Shown here: in pieces, positions 46,466-56,264 of the stretch | Position numbering within the stretch: the stretch's first letter is position 1 | How the letters are laid out: every line of letters starts with the position of its first letter | Virus record (IMG/VR): IMGVR_UViG_3300031669_000004 | Length of the DNA: 64,000 nucleotides | DNA from: an uncultured virus (IMG/VR IMGVR_UViG_3300031669_000004) | Taxonomy: Duplodnaviria; Heunggongvirae; Uroviricota; Caudoviricetes | Reading direction: 5' to 3' (one strand) | Made by a program: the position numbers and the translations under genes | Notes under the pieces: generated by a model | What the model was told of the DNA's origin: nothing | Databases searched by the model: none | What the model saw: the letters and a program-made list of their open reading frames with translations, nothing else

Positions 46466-47071
46466 GTGGAAAACACTGCAAGCTGGGTGGATGAGAAATA
46501 CGCTGCACTATTATCCAAGCAACATAGGAATAATATCTCAAATTTGGTTACAGGAAGTCATATTAATTACGATACCGTATGTAAAACAATACGGGAGATA
46601 AGAAAGACTCCTAACTTTTTGTACGAGATTTCTTATAATGAGACGGGATTTGGAGTCAATAAGAAAACTATTACAGGAGTCTTCTTCCTGGCTCATAGTC
46701 ATTTAGATGATAGTATAGGAATATACTTAGTCTACTACAATTCCAAAGGTAAATTACTAACCTATAATACGGGGAGGGGACTTCGGTATCAAGGTAAAGT
46801 AGTGTCTGTTACGCGAACCATAGTATTATCCAAACACGCTCATATAAGATTATTTGAACGACTTAGGACAAATAGTAAAGAAGATGTTGTGAGGATATTA
46901 AGTGAGCTCGCCGATATAGATCCACCATATGAAAATGGTAAAATAACAAAGGAGGGTACCTTATATTTAGAAGGTGTTGGTAGGTTTGAACTTGGTTTAT
47001 ACGATGGAGCGGCTGTAGGACATAAAGGTATATGTTGGGTAGTAAAAACTTTTATTGCTGAAAAGAAATAA
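46466..47071 (+). CDS. Hypothetical protein
   Basis: AAGGAG RBS, GTG start; SKHAHIRLFER...VVKTF could be a RelE-like fold (weak). Confidence 0.7.
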   Translation: MENTASWVDEKYAALLSKQHRNNISNLVTGSHINYDTVCKTIREIRKTPNFLYEISYNETGFGVNKKTITGVFFLAHSHLDDSIGIYLVYYNSKGKLLTYNTGRGLRYQGKVVSVTRTIVLSKHAHIRLFERLRTNSKEDVVRILSELADIDPPYENGKITKEGTLYLEGVGRFELGLYDGAAVGHKGICWVVKTFIAEKK

Positions 47072-47100
47072 AAAAGCCCAGAGTGATCTGGGCTTTTTTT
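47070..47100. terminator. Bidirectional terminator downstream of the capsid gene
   Basis: A6-GCCCAGA-GTGA-TCTGGGC-T7 between convergent genes. Confidence 0.85.
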
Positions 47101-47121
47101 AGTTCAGACTAATTTCTTAGC

Positions 47122-48012
47122 TTAGAAGTTTGCAACGATCATACCGTTGATGTTACCGATACCAAGACCGATAGCTTCGTAAGTTGTGAAACTAACCATG
47201 TCAGCTTCTGTTTTCAAGAACACAGTAGCGTCTTGTAGCAGGTAAGATTGACCCAAGTATTGCTGAGCTGTGAAGATCAGTGCTTGATTATCTGGAAGGA
47301 TATCATTCTTGTTGGTTACGATGATCTTGAAACCGAAGAAGTTATCAAGAGTCTTTTCACCAGCTGTCAGTTCAGAAGCCAGAGGCGAACCGATCTGAGT
47401 CGAAGGTTGTTTCAGGTAGTCAGCATACAGACTTTGTGTCATCAGTATACAGCCAACTGGTACTTGCTTTTGAACAAGGTACTTAGTTGCTTGCATCATG
47501 TTAGGGATTGAGAAACCCCCGCTGATGTTGTACACAGCGCCGTTTGCTTGAGCTACAGCAACTACGTTGTTATAGAAGTTTTGGTCTTCTTGTTTTTGCA
47601 GATCTTTTACTGAGTTTTCTTGCAGAACAGTACGGATGTCGGTACGATATGTAGCCAACTCGAACTTGCTCTTTGTGAATTCAGCAGATTGGATCTTACC
47701 AAACGTCACTGGATAACGAACACCAGTGAAGTAACGTGGTTCTGGGCGTGACAGGAATGGCAGGTTAGCTGCAACTGAGTCAGGCTCTTTTTCCACGATT
47801 ACGGTTGGTTCTTCAGTCAACTGACGATCTAGCTCTGCAGCGGTGATCATAGTTGGAGGAAGAATTTTACGGGTAAACCCGTCCTCACGTAGTTTTTGGC
47901 GAACAAAGGCAGACATCGCTACGCTTGCTTCCTTTTCCATGCCCTGATCGAGCTTGTCCAAAAAGGACTGGTTCAGGAATTGAACGTTGATTGTTTCAGT
48001 ATTATAACTCAT
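47122..48012 (-). CDS. Major capsid protein
   Basis: 296 aa; strongly biased codons; AAGGAG RBS; LREDGFTRKIL segment; after scaffold and decoration genes. Confidence 0.8.
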   Translation of the reverse strand: MSYNTETINVQFLNQSFLDKLDQGMEKEASVAMSAFVRQKLREDGFTRKILPPTMITAAELDRQLTEEPTVIVEKEPDSVAANLPFLSRPEPRYFTGVRYPVTFGKIQSAEFTKSKFELATYRTDIRTVLQENSVKDLQKQEDQNFYNNVVAVAQANGAVYNISGGFSIPNMMQATKYLVQKQVPVGCILMTQSLYADYLKQPSTQIGSPLASELTAGEKTLDNFFGFKIIVTNKNDILPDNQALIFTAQQYLGQSYLLQDATVFLKTEADMVSFTTYEAIGLGIGNINGMIVANF

Positions 48013-48033
48013 TTTTATGTCTCTCCTTAATTC

Positions 48034-48738
48034 TTAGTAAGCAACGATTACTAGGTGTGCTGTTTGAGTAGCCGAGGCTCCTTGAACACGCAATACGAAT
48101 CCGCATTCTGGATCAGTAGTGCCAGCAAGATCAAACTTACCACTTAGACCAGTAACTGGTGAACCAGGTGCGAATGACGAACCGGTGTTGTAGTTACTTG
48201 TTGCGACGATATAATTTCCCCATAGTACAACTGCTTTACCACTTGTGTTAGATCCGGAGATCAGAACAACAGTAGTAGTACCTAGAGTAATATTGCCTGG
48301 GTCAGATGCCAGTACAACCGTAAAGTTATTTGCATCAATAACTGAGTCAACAACATACGAACCAGTGATAGCTACACTATTAGTGTTGCTACCAGAAGTA
48401 GTAATAGTAACTAGGTTACCGATTGCATATCCGTGGGCCGTAACTGTTGCAGTCAAGAAGCCACCGGCCCATGCCAAAAGCGTTACCGTCTTAGATGGTT
48501 GAGGAGTCATGTACTGACCAGTAGAATTCAAGGCAGAGGCTGAATCGCCGTTACCACGAACAACTAGACCAACTCTTCTATTTGTAGTTGCACTAACTTT
48601 GTCAACAGTTCCGTCTACTTGAACTTCGACTACGTCGCCGTTAACTAATACTGCGCCTTGCTTAACAAGTTCGGCTCTCTCGCGAGCGCCGTCTGCTGGC
48701 CATCCACGTAGTACTTGTGCTGTATATTCTAATTTCAT
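48034..48738 (-). CDS. Capsid decoration protein, paralog 1
   Basis: Directly upstream of capsid gene; MKLEYTAQVLRGWPADG shared with 48891..49550. Confidence 0.65.
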   Translation of the reverse strand: MKLEYTAQVLRGWPADGARERAELVKQGAVLVNGDVVEVQVDGTVDKVSATTNRRVGLVVRGNGDSASALNSTGQYMTPQPSKTVTLLAWAGGFLTATVTAHGYAIGNLVTITTSGSNTNSVAITGSYVVDSVIDANNFTVVLASDPGNITLGTTTVVLISGSNTSGKAVVLWGNYIVATSNYNTGSSFAPGSPVTGLSGKFDLAGTTDPECGFVLRVQGASATQTAHLVIVAY

Positions 48739-48890
48739 TTTAGTTTCCTTTAGTTTTCGGGGTCTCCGAATCTGGGTTCCCCCCAGTAGGGTTATTTTTA
48801 AATTTGGGTGTTTCGTGGAGTTGAATTAACAACTCCATTAATATTATTTTAACCTATGTTTTATATGAGATTAAAAATAATTCTTTTTAC

Positions 48891-49550
48891 TTAGTAAACA
48901 ACAATAGTTAGATGTGCTGTTTCAAAAGCAGTCGTACCTTGGTTTTGCAATACATAGCCAATCTCAGGATCAACCGCAGTAACCGCAGAACCTTGAACTG
49001 TAGCAGTAACTGGGGACCCAGTAACAGTGTAAGTAAAGGTTGTTGGTGTAGGTACTGAAAGGATAGTAAACGTACCACTATACGCCGCCGGTGTTGTACC
49101 GGTAATTGTTACTACTTGTCCTGCTAGGTAGCCATGAGCTGCAGCAGTAGTATAAGTAGCAATGTTAGCCGCCTCAGTAATACTAGTACTAGCCTGTACT
49201 GCCCCTGCTGCACCATTGGCTAATGTATAATTACCATTAGAAACAGTGATAGGAGAACCTGGTACATATGTACGAGTAGCATCAAAACTAGTCGTAGCAA
49301 CAACGTAGTTACCCCACAAGGTCAATGCCTCGTTAGCAAGTTTTGCAGAACCACTATCACCATTACCACGAATAACCAATCCGGCTTTGCGTGTATTAGT
49401 AATACTAGTTGGTGCTACCGTGCCATCGCTTTGCATTTCAACCAAGTTACCATTGATTAATGTAGCTGATGAATTAATTGTCTCTGCTCTTTCCAGTGAG
49501 CCATCTGCTGGCCATCCACGAAGGATTTGTGCTGCGTATTCCATTTTCAT
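48891..49550 (-). CDS. Capsid decoration protein, paralog 2
   Basis: MKMEYAAQILRGWPADG...TAHLTIVVY; clear paralog of 48034..48738. Confidence 0.65.
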   Translation of the reverse strand: MKMEYAAQILRGWPADGSLERAETINSSATLINGNLVEMQSDGTVAPTSITNTRKAGLVIRGNGDSGSAKLANEALTLWGNYVVATTSFDATRTYVPGSPITVSNGNYTLANGAAGAVQASTSITEAANIATYTTAAAHGYLAGQVVTITGTTPAAYSGTFTILSVPTPTTFTYTVTGSPVTATVQGSAVTAVDPEIGYVLQNQGTTAFETAHLTIVVY

Positions 49551-49560
49551 AATTTATGTC

Positions 49561-49767
49561 CTATTTTTTAAACTTCTTTAGTGTCTCGGCAAGTCTAGCT
49601 TCTTTTCCAACTTTGCCTTTTTTCTTAGCAGCTTCATCTAGCTTAGCTGCTGGGATTTTTTTACCTTCTGGAACTCCTAGAGCTTCATGTAGTTTGCCTT
49701 TGCTAGAAGGCGGTGTTGCCTTTTGGATCCAGTCTGCTGCTATTTTTTCTAAGTATTTGTTTGTCAT
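49561..49767 (-). CDS. Small basic protein with NKYLEKIA tag
   Basis: MTNKYLEKIAADWIQKA...KGKLHEALGVPEGKKIP; Lys-rich. Confidence 0.75.
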   Translation of the reverse strand: MTNKYLEKIAADWIQKATPPSSKGKLHEALGVPEGKKIPAAKLDEAAKKKGKVGKEARLAETLKKFKK

Positions 49768-49777
49768 GTTTGTACTC

Positions 49778-50938
49778 CTAGCTTACCTGCGGTAGTGGTG
49801 GCAGTTTAGTAAAACTATGGTCTAAATATTGAAGAAATCTGTTTGTATTACCTGCGACTGCTGCATCATCTTCCACACGTTTTTGCTGTTGGCTGTCACT
49901 ACCGTATAATACATGATGTAATCCTTTAGCTGCCAGTATAGCAGCACCTGCTCCAGCTACCCCTGATATTATAGGATTATGTAAATACTTGTTGGCAACA
50001 ATAGCGGCTCCTATACCAGTTCCTAATCCTGCTACTCCACTAAGTCTATTAGCAACAACTTCATTGGGTCTTAATCCACTCTTGAAATCAGAATCCAATA
50101 TATAACGAGCTGAAGCTACATCCGCCGGATTATCATTTAAACCTGGTTTATATCCTTTATCTAATAATACCTGATTAGCCTCATCTATATCATAAAGTCT
50201 CCCCTCGGTATAAGGATCAGAGTGCTCATTAGTTATATCGTGGTACACGTATTGCGTACTAACTTCGGCAATTTTCTTTAGGTATATATTCTCGGAAAGG
50301 GACGACTGCTTCTGTTGCCCAGGAGACATTGCTCTACCTGCTACAAATCCACCAGCGGCTAGTCCAGCCCCGGCTTGCATAGCTTTGTTACCAGCCAGTG
50401 CCTTCACCGTAGATATTGTTCCTGGGACAAATGCACTCTTATTTGCCTTAGCTGCGACACCAATATTATGTAATTGATCCCCTATTTTAGGGGCATCTTC
50501 AACCACGCCTTTAGCGAAGTTCTTACCTGCCTTTAAAACAGAACCCCAAACACTAGACCTTTTCTCCCTTTCAAGACTATTCTTGAGAGACTTTGTAGAG
50601 CCATGGGCAAGACCTGCCATTAATCCTATTTGTCCAAGCAGATGACCTTTACCTTTAGCGGCGGTAGTAAGTAGATCACCCACTACAGCTCCACCGATAC
50701 CCTCGGCTAAACCACGTCCAGTAGCTTTCAATCCAGTCTTAACCGCAGTGCTAGTCTCTACACCTTTTTTGTTTGCTATCTTTTCTAAATATTTATTACT
50801 CATTGCATCCGCTTTCTTAACGTGATGATGCTTATTTTTATGCTTTCGTCTAGATTTAACTTCTCTGGTATATTGTTGGTGAAGTGTTAAAGCAGAGTTA
50901 ACTAAATCCTCGCTTACCTCTGCGTTAATCCTTGGCAT
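49778..50938 (-). CDS. Putative internal head polyprotein with two NxYLxKIA tags
   Basis: MSNKYLEKIAN and ENIYLKKIAE; three Gly/Ala-rich hydrophobic units; start set at ATG 50938. Confidence 0.65.
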   Translation of the reverse strand: MPRINAEVSEDLVNSALTLHQQYTREVKSRRKHKNKHHHVKKADAMSNKYLEKIANKKGVETSTAVKTGLKATGRGLAEGIGGAVVGDLLTTAAKGKGHLLGQIGLMAGLAHGSTKSLKNSLEREKRSSVWGSVLKAGKNFAKGVVEDAPKIGDQLHNIGVAAKANKSAFVPGTISTVKALAGNKAMQAGAGLAAGGFVAGRAMSPGQQKQSSLSENIYLKKIAEVSTQYVYHDITNEHSDPYTEGRLYDIDEANQVLLDKGYKPGLNDNPADVASARYILDSDFKSGLRPNEVVANRLSGVAGLGTGIGAAIVANKYLHNPIISGVAGAGAAILAAKGLHHVLYGSDSQQQKRVEDDAAVAGNTNRFLQYLDHSFTKLPPLPQVS

Positions 50939-50943
50939 TACAA

Positions 50944-51429
50944 TTACCCAAGAAGCCACTCTAACAACGGATCAGTCTTCTCTCTTGCCACTCCAACCCC
51001 ACCCCCCATTTCCCAAGGCTTAGCACCGATACTGGCCACTTTGGTAACTAGGTTTTCTGGCAGTGAACTCATGTAAGCCAGTTCTTCTTTGGAGAAGCCT
51101 AGGCTAGCCAATTTGTTCATCGGTTGAGATTCCTCTATTTGTTTCTCTTTTTCTGCCTCTTGAGCGAACTTTTGTAAGCCTTCTAATTCTGTTTCCAGGT
51201 TAGTTATATGCTCGGCTGTCTTCTCGAATAGAGTAGAAGTGGTTTTAAGATTATTAGCTTTGCTATCCTTCTCACAGGCTTCTTTGATTATTGAGGAGGC
51301 TTTTTCCAAGCTTACTCCACCTTTAGCTAAGGCTGCAATACCTGCACTGGAGAATGATTTAACATATTCAAAATATGCTTTCTTTTCAAGTTCGGCTGCC
51401 TCCGTTAATTGTTGAACTATTGTAGTCAT
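50944..51429 (-). CDS. Putative head assembly protein with K-x-A sites
   Basis: EKKA, EKAS, EKTA, QKFA, NKLA, TKVA. Confidence 0.6.
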   Translation of the reverse strand: MTTIVQQLTEAAELEKKAYFEYVKSFSSAGIAALAKGGVSLEKASSIIKEACEKDSKANNLKTTSTLFEKTAEHITNLETELEGLQKFAQEAEKEKQIEESQPMNKLASLGFSKEELAYMSSLPENLVTKVASIGAKPWEMGGGVGVAREKTDPLLEWLLG

Positions 51430-51430
51430 G

Positions 51431-51709
51431 TTATTTTCCTATCTTTCCCTGATTTTTGAGCACCATGTAATTAGATGCCAATCCACCAACCTTACCACCG
51501 GCTAAAGCACCTACCATAGCTCCAGCTCTTTCCCCGAATTTAGGCCCCAAATGTTTACCTAAATATTTATCACCTAGGTATGTCCCTACACCAGTTGTAA
51601 CAGCTTCAACAGGCAGAGATACAGCCTCTTGTTTTAAGGCTGTTCCAAAAGGGCCAGGTGGTTTAGGTTTGGCTATTTCATCTGCGATTTTGATTAGATA
51701 TTTATTCAT
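51431..51709 (-). CDS. Small Gly-rich protein with NKYLIKIA tag
   Basis: Starts MNKYLIKIAD; glycine-zipper-like segment. Confidence 0.65.
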   Translation of the reverse strand: MNKYLIKIADEIAKPKPPGPFGTALKQEAVSLPVEAVTTGVGTYLGDKYLGKHLGPKFGERAGAMVGALAGGKVGGLASNYMVLKNQGKIGK

Positions 51710-51772
51710 AGTATTTTATATAAAAAGGCCCTAGACACAAGTGTAGATGTGTTTAAGGGCCGTTTCCTTAAA

Positions 51773-53068
51773 TTACTCTGCGCCGTAAACGTCAATTTCT
51801 GCTTGTTTAACCATAGCGGTAGCTTGGTCGAAATCAATACCTGCTTCGATCAGTGCATCAAAGGCTGCTTTCTTTTCATGGGCACGTTCTTTGAAATCTT
51901 TTTTGGTGAAAGGTTTGAAACCCTTTTTCTCTTTAACTTCTTTTTCGTCTTTCTTAGAGGCTACCTTTACTTGTTCTACGGCTTCTTCAAAAGATGCACC
52001 TTTAGCCATAAGTTCATTAACAGCAGCTACTTTGTCCATCTCAGTACCTTCATTAGCCAATTCAGCTTCTGCTTGTTTAACTAGAGCGACAGCGGTCTCA
52101 AAATCATAGCCTGCACCACACAGTTCGCTGATAGCGGCAATTTTTTCTTGCTGATCAGCTTCAACTGCTAATAGTTCTTCTGCTTGTTTGACCATAGCCA
52201 CGGCTGAATCAAAGTCACAGCCTTGACCTACCAATGCGGATACCGCAGCAGCTTTTTCTTGTTCATCAGCATCCAGAACTTCATCGTCACCAGGAGCGCT
52301 AGAAGCAGGGCTATCGCCATTAACTAGGTCATCTGATACCGCACCTTGATCTTCAGCACGGGCTACTATCGCTTCCAGGATAGTATTCATACTGCCATCA
52401 GCACCAGGCAATGGTAGTACTTTTTTGTCGTCAGCAGCGGTCATAGTTTCGTTACCTGATTGAATTAGGTTAGGGGCTGCAGCGGCAGCTGTGTTTACAG
52501 CAGCGGCTGGAGTAGTTGTTGCTTCGCCAACGATTTGGGCGATTTTTTGCATGATTTTTTTTGCCATTTCTGAATTCTCCGAATTTTCTGCTGCTTGTTT
52601 AGTTTGTTTTTTATCTTCCATTTGGTCCACGATGTCGTCTGACTGAGCGCCACGTTTAAGACCTTCTGCTACTGTTCCATCAAGGGCTCCATCCAGACCT
52701 ACTGTAGCGGTAGTACCTGTTCCAGGTGCTCCATCGTTAGGAACGATTTTCGCATTGTCGGAAGCAACAATGACTGCATCACCTTGTTGAATTAGATTGG
52801 CTTCTTTAACGCCAGATAGGGTAGCATCGCCTTTAGCCAAAGCCATAGCCTGTGAATCATCAGCCATCTTAGTTAGAAGTTCTCTAGCCAAGGCCTCTCC
52901 TGCTGCTAAAGCTGAAGCTGTAATATTCTCAGACGATTTCTTTTCCAGAATACCAGAAAGCTCTGCTGATACATTAGGCTTGGCGACTGATGCAGTTTTT
53001 TCGATTCCAGCAGTTTTTTCAAGATCAGCCAAGAGATCGTTGATGTTTAATGTTTTTACTGTTTTCAT
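51773..53068 (-). CDS. Capsid scaffold / prohead core protein
   Basis: Acidic and Ala-rich; four C-terminal repeats of K-x-AA...L...GxxFxxA...VKxA; between protease and capsid genes. Confidence 0.7.
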   Translation of the reverse strand: MKTVKTLNINDLLADLEKTAGIEKTASVAKPNVSAELSGILEKKSSENITASALAAGEALARELLTKMADDSQAMALAKGDATLSGVKEANLIQQGDAVIVASDNAKIVPNDGAPGTGTTATVGLDGALDGTVAEGLKRGAQSDDIVDQMEDKKQTKQAAENSENSEMAKKIMQKIAQIVGEATTTPAAAVNTAAAAAPNLIQSGNETMTAADDKKVLPLPGADGSMNTILEAIVARAEDQGAVSDDLVNGDSPASSAPGDDEVLDADEQEKAAAVSALVGQGCDFDSAVAMVKQAEELLAVEADQQEKIAAISELCGAGYDFETAVALVKQAEAELANEGTEMDKVAAVNELMAKGASFEEAVEQVKVASKKDEKEVKEKKGFKPFTKKDFKERAHEKKAAFDALIEAGIDFDQATAMVKQAEIDVYGAE

Positions 53069-53092
53069 TTTGTAGTTTACCTTTATTTAATT

Positions 53093-54691
53093 TTACGATA
53101 AGTTAGCTATCGCTTCATTTACATTTTGAACCAACCCAACTGCCTTTAGCATACTAGACAGCTTGCCGCCTACACCAGTCCTGGTTGACTTCAATAATTT
53201 TCTGGCCATCTTAAGACCATGCAGATCAACTTCATCATCATCCCTATCTTTTTGCAACGTGAAAGGGAGTAGAGTTGCTTTACTTAAAGAGGCGGCAACT
53301 TTGTAATCTGCTGCCTTCATTAATCCTATTTTAACATAGTTTTGAGGGACATGTGGATTACTTTCTTCTCTAAGCCTCTTATCTATTTCTTGAGATATAA
53401 AATATTTGGCTATAAGAGCTGAAACTCCCAGTCCTAACAATAACTTACCATACGATATCTGGAAGTTATTAGTTTGTGGCACTATACCAGCCGCCGAAGC
53501 TGCTACCTGTTGTTGTTCTTGATAAGTAGGTTCTATCATTGGCCCATTCTGGGAATACCCTACCCCAGATGCACGCTTCTCTATAGGTGATGATAACAAT
53601 GAAGAATTAGCAACATACGGAACCAGTAAGCTGAGAAGCATAGGGTCTATCGGCTCCATAGGGGAATCCAAATTAACCACCGGTGCCATAGTGTCTGGAG
53701 AGATGGAATGTACATACTCCTCAACTATTGGGCCAATACCATCATACCCATTACCTAAATGTATCTTAGCTATCAGCTCCGAAAGGAAACTTACAGAGGG
53801 AGATATTCCTAGTACCGCCATCGCCGTAAGAGATTGGTTCAAATCGTAGTGTGACAAAGGATCCGTTAAAGACATCGGCAAATCTTTGGTGTTTTCTAAT
53901 ATAGTAGATGCTTGATCTAGTACTTGTCCTTCCCCTGATATTTCTTTTATTATGTCTGCCCATTTTTTAATAGTAGCTTTCTTTTCAGTGAAACCTTCAA
54001 CTTCAGCTCTTTCTGCTGCACTTAAAATATGTTCATCCTCAGCTACTTTGGTAAGTATGGAACTAGTAGGATCGGCGGGGCGTATTACCCAGCTGCAATC
54101 AAACCAAGTAATATTATCTTCATTAATAGCAGAAACTCTACGTCCATCCGGATATAACCTACCCATTTCAAACATTAAGTGCTTACAATAATCCTGACGT
54201 GTTCTAGCTATGTTATTGCATATTGAACAACGGTCATATGGAAGACGACAAGCCATACTTGTCTTTGGGTATTTACCTTGAGCTATCAAGGCATCTAGCT
54301 CCTTAGACGTGGCCTCGTCAACTTCCACTATAAGTTCTATACGTTTCATCACTGGGTTAAACGTAGAAAACACACATACCCCAAAGGATGGGGAGGTGGC
54401 TTTGTTCTGGTGATGTTTGAAGAACTTTGCTGGTGTAGTCTGGAAAGTCTTATAGAACTTCTGAAGGGTAGCTGTAGAGAAGAAGTCACCATTCTTGGTT
54501 GGTCCATAAACCTCGGAGGATCCAAGCATATTAACGTGGAGGTATGATCTCCCAGGAATAGGCGTAAGAGTTCTAAGGAAATCGACTATTTCTGAATAGG
54601 CTGCAACCTTCTCTAGACCCGCCTTAGAAGACGTATCTAGAACATGGAAGTTACCATCGTCAAACTTTGTTAGATCATTTACTTTTAACAT
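53093..54691 (-). CDS. Putative prohead protease with a Zn-binding insert
   Basis: NGDFF, FKHHQNK, TSMAC...DRCSIC...YCKH, DCSWVIRPAD; directly upstream of the scaffold. Confidence 0.65.
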   Translation of the reverse strand: MLKVNDLTKFDDGNFHVLDTSSKAGLEKVAAYSEIVDFLRTLTPIPGRSYLHVNMLGSSEVYGPTKNGDFFSTATLQKFYKTFQTTPAKFFKHHQNKATSPSFGVCVFSTFNPVMKRIELIVEVDEATSKELDALIAQGKYPKTSMACRLPYDRCSICNNIARTRQDYCKHLMFEMGRLYPDGRRVSAINEDNITWFDCSWVIRPADPTSSILTKVAEDEHILSAAERAEVEGFTEKKATIKKWADIIKEISGEGQVLDQASTILENTKDLPMSLTDPLSHYDLNQSLTAMAVLGISPSVSFLSELIAKIHLGNGYDGIGPIVEEYVHSISPDTMAPVVNLDSPMEPIDPMLLSLLVPYVANSSLLSSPIEKRASGVGYSQNGPMIEPTYQEQQQVAASAAGIVPQTNNFQISYGKLLLGLGVSALIAKYFISQEIDKRLREESNPHVPQNYVKIGLMKAADYKVAASLSKATLLPFTLQKDRDDDEVDLHGLKMARKLLKSTRTGVGGKLSSMLKAVGLVQNVNEAIANLS

Positions 54692-55227
54692 TAGATTCTA
54701 AGTCCAAGAGGTGCTTGGGGTGCATTATTTTCTACGTATCTACCTTCTAGATCAGATATACTCTTCATAGTCATTGGATCTACTCCCTCTCCTAATACGG
54801 CATTGGAGAGTAAGGTGCTAAGAATATTTGGGTCACTGGCCACATGTGGTGCAAACGTAAATAACGTATTAGCGTAAGAATCCACTTTAGATGGATTAGC
54901 ATTTTTTACTATTTTATTAGTGGTTCTTACTTGTTGTAGAGCTGACTCAAATTTGCTTTTAAGGGCGTAGCTAGTAATGGCTTTATCTGTAGATGTCATA
55001 CCTTTTACTATACCCATACCTAATAGGCCGGCTCCTAACTGTAGCCCTGTTCTAAGCACATCTGGATGATTGGCCAAATTGGTAAATAAGCCTCCGCCTA
55101 CTAAGTCTTTAGTGAATAATCCTGCTATACCGGCCTGCTTCTCGAACCCATTCATAAATGCATTAAGTTCCTCCTCAACCTTATATACGGCTGAGGCTTC
55201 TTGTCTTACTAAATCTAGTATGTTCAT
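54691..55227 (-). CDS. Putative head protein
   Basis: GFEKQAG site followed by a hydrophobic segment. Confidence 0.6.
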   Translation of the reverse strand: MNILDLVRQEASAVYKVEEELNAFMNGFEKQAGIAGLFTKDLVGGGLFTNLANHPDVLRTGLQLGAGLLGMGIVKGMTSTDKAITSYALKSKFESALQQVRTTNKIVKNANPSKVDSYANTLFTFAPHVASDPNILSTLLSNAVLGEGVDPMTMKSISDLEGRYVENNAPQAPLGLRI

Positions 55228-55240
55228 TTTATATCCTTAT

Positions 55241-56263
55241 TTAATTATGAATTGATTCCCAAACTGGGTTAGCGTGTGTGGTAGACGCACCGGTTAATGC
55301 AGCGCCACCTAGGTCGGCTACACGCTCCACTCTCTTGCCAAGCGTCTTACCTGCTGATGCAGCGGCTAGTCCACTACCTACTGCTTTAACGGTTCCTACA
55401 CCGCCTCCTACAATTTTTCTGGCTGCCCATCCAAGCCCTGCGCCAATACCCTCAACGGTTGCACCTATTGGGGAGAAAGCTTTTTTTTCGATAAGAACCT
55501 CTGTAGCACGTTTAACAAAAGTTTCCATTTCTTTGTTTGTGGCTACCATATCCTTAGCCTCTTTAAACATGGAGTTTAATGACATAGCATCCTTAAGGTC
55601 TGAGGTAGTGAAGACTGATCCAGAAGACGCAGTTTTCTCAAAGCCACATAATACGGCTAAACTACCAAGGTCTTCTTCTGAGGCGACGAATGCCAGTTTT
55701 TCAAAACCTAGTGGATCCTTGTGTACAATAGAAGCTAGCTTCTCTAACTTCATAGAAACCATGTAACCTTCCTCGGCTAACTTTTGCATAGTCTGCTTTA
55801 CTCGGAATGTTTCCTTCATAAGCATAGCAACCTTTTGTTGTTCGTCATATGCATCCCCAGGTGTGCTGGCATCTATTTGGGAAACAGGGGCTTTCTCATT
55901 TAGTGGGCTAGACCTAACCCCAGCCGTCTTAGTTACCTCTGACTTTTGTGGAAGTGGTGCTACAGGAGCCGCAACAGTGATATCTACAGTGGGTGAAGTA
56001 TTTGGTAGAACCATACGACCCATAACGTCTGTATAGTCTGCTACCGGGAATTCGAATGAACGATCCGTTGCATCTTCTAATTGGCGTAGATATGCTATGG
56101 TGTTACTCGTCTCAATAACACGCTTGATTTGTTCTGGATTAAGCTCCAGTGTTTTAGCTGCATCAGCAATAGCCCCAGATAGGCATGCCTGTTTAGTCAT
56201 GTATTTAGACACAACCCTAACCGCTATTTCTTGTAGTAATTCTGGTGATAGATCTGTTGCCAT
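55241..56263 (-). CDS. Putative head protein with K-x-A sites
   Basis: TKTA, QKVA, EKLA, EKTA, EKKA; Gly-rich C-terminus. Confidence 0.6.
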   Translation of the reverse strand: MATDLSPELLQEIAVRVVSKYMTKQACLSGAIADAAKTLELNPEQIKRVIETSNTIAYLRQLEDATDRSFEFPVADYTDVMGRMVLPNTSPTVDITVAAPVAPLPQKSEVTKTAGVRSSPLNEKAPVSQIDASTPGDAYDEQQKVAMLMKETFRVKQTMQKLAEEGYMVSMKLEKLASIVHKDPLGFEKLAFVASEEDLGSLAVLCGFEKTASSGSVFTTSDLKDAMSLNSMFKEAKDMVATNKEMETFVKRATEVLIEKKAFSPIGATVEGIGAGLGWAARKIVGGGVGTVKAVGSGLAAASAGKTLGKRVERVADLGGAALTGASTTHANPVWESIHN

Positions 56264-56264
56264 A

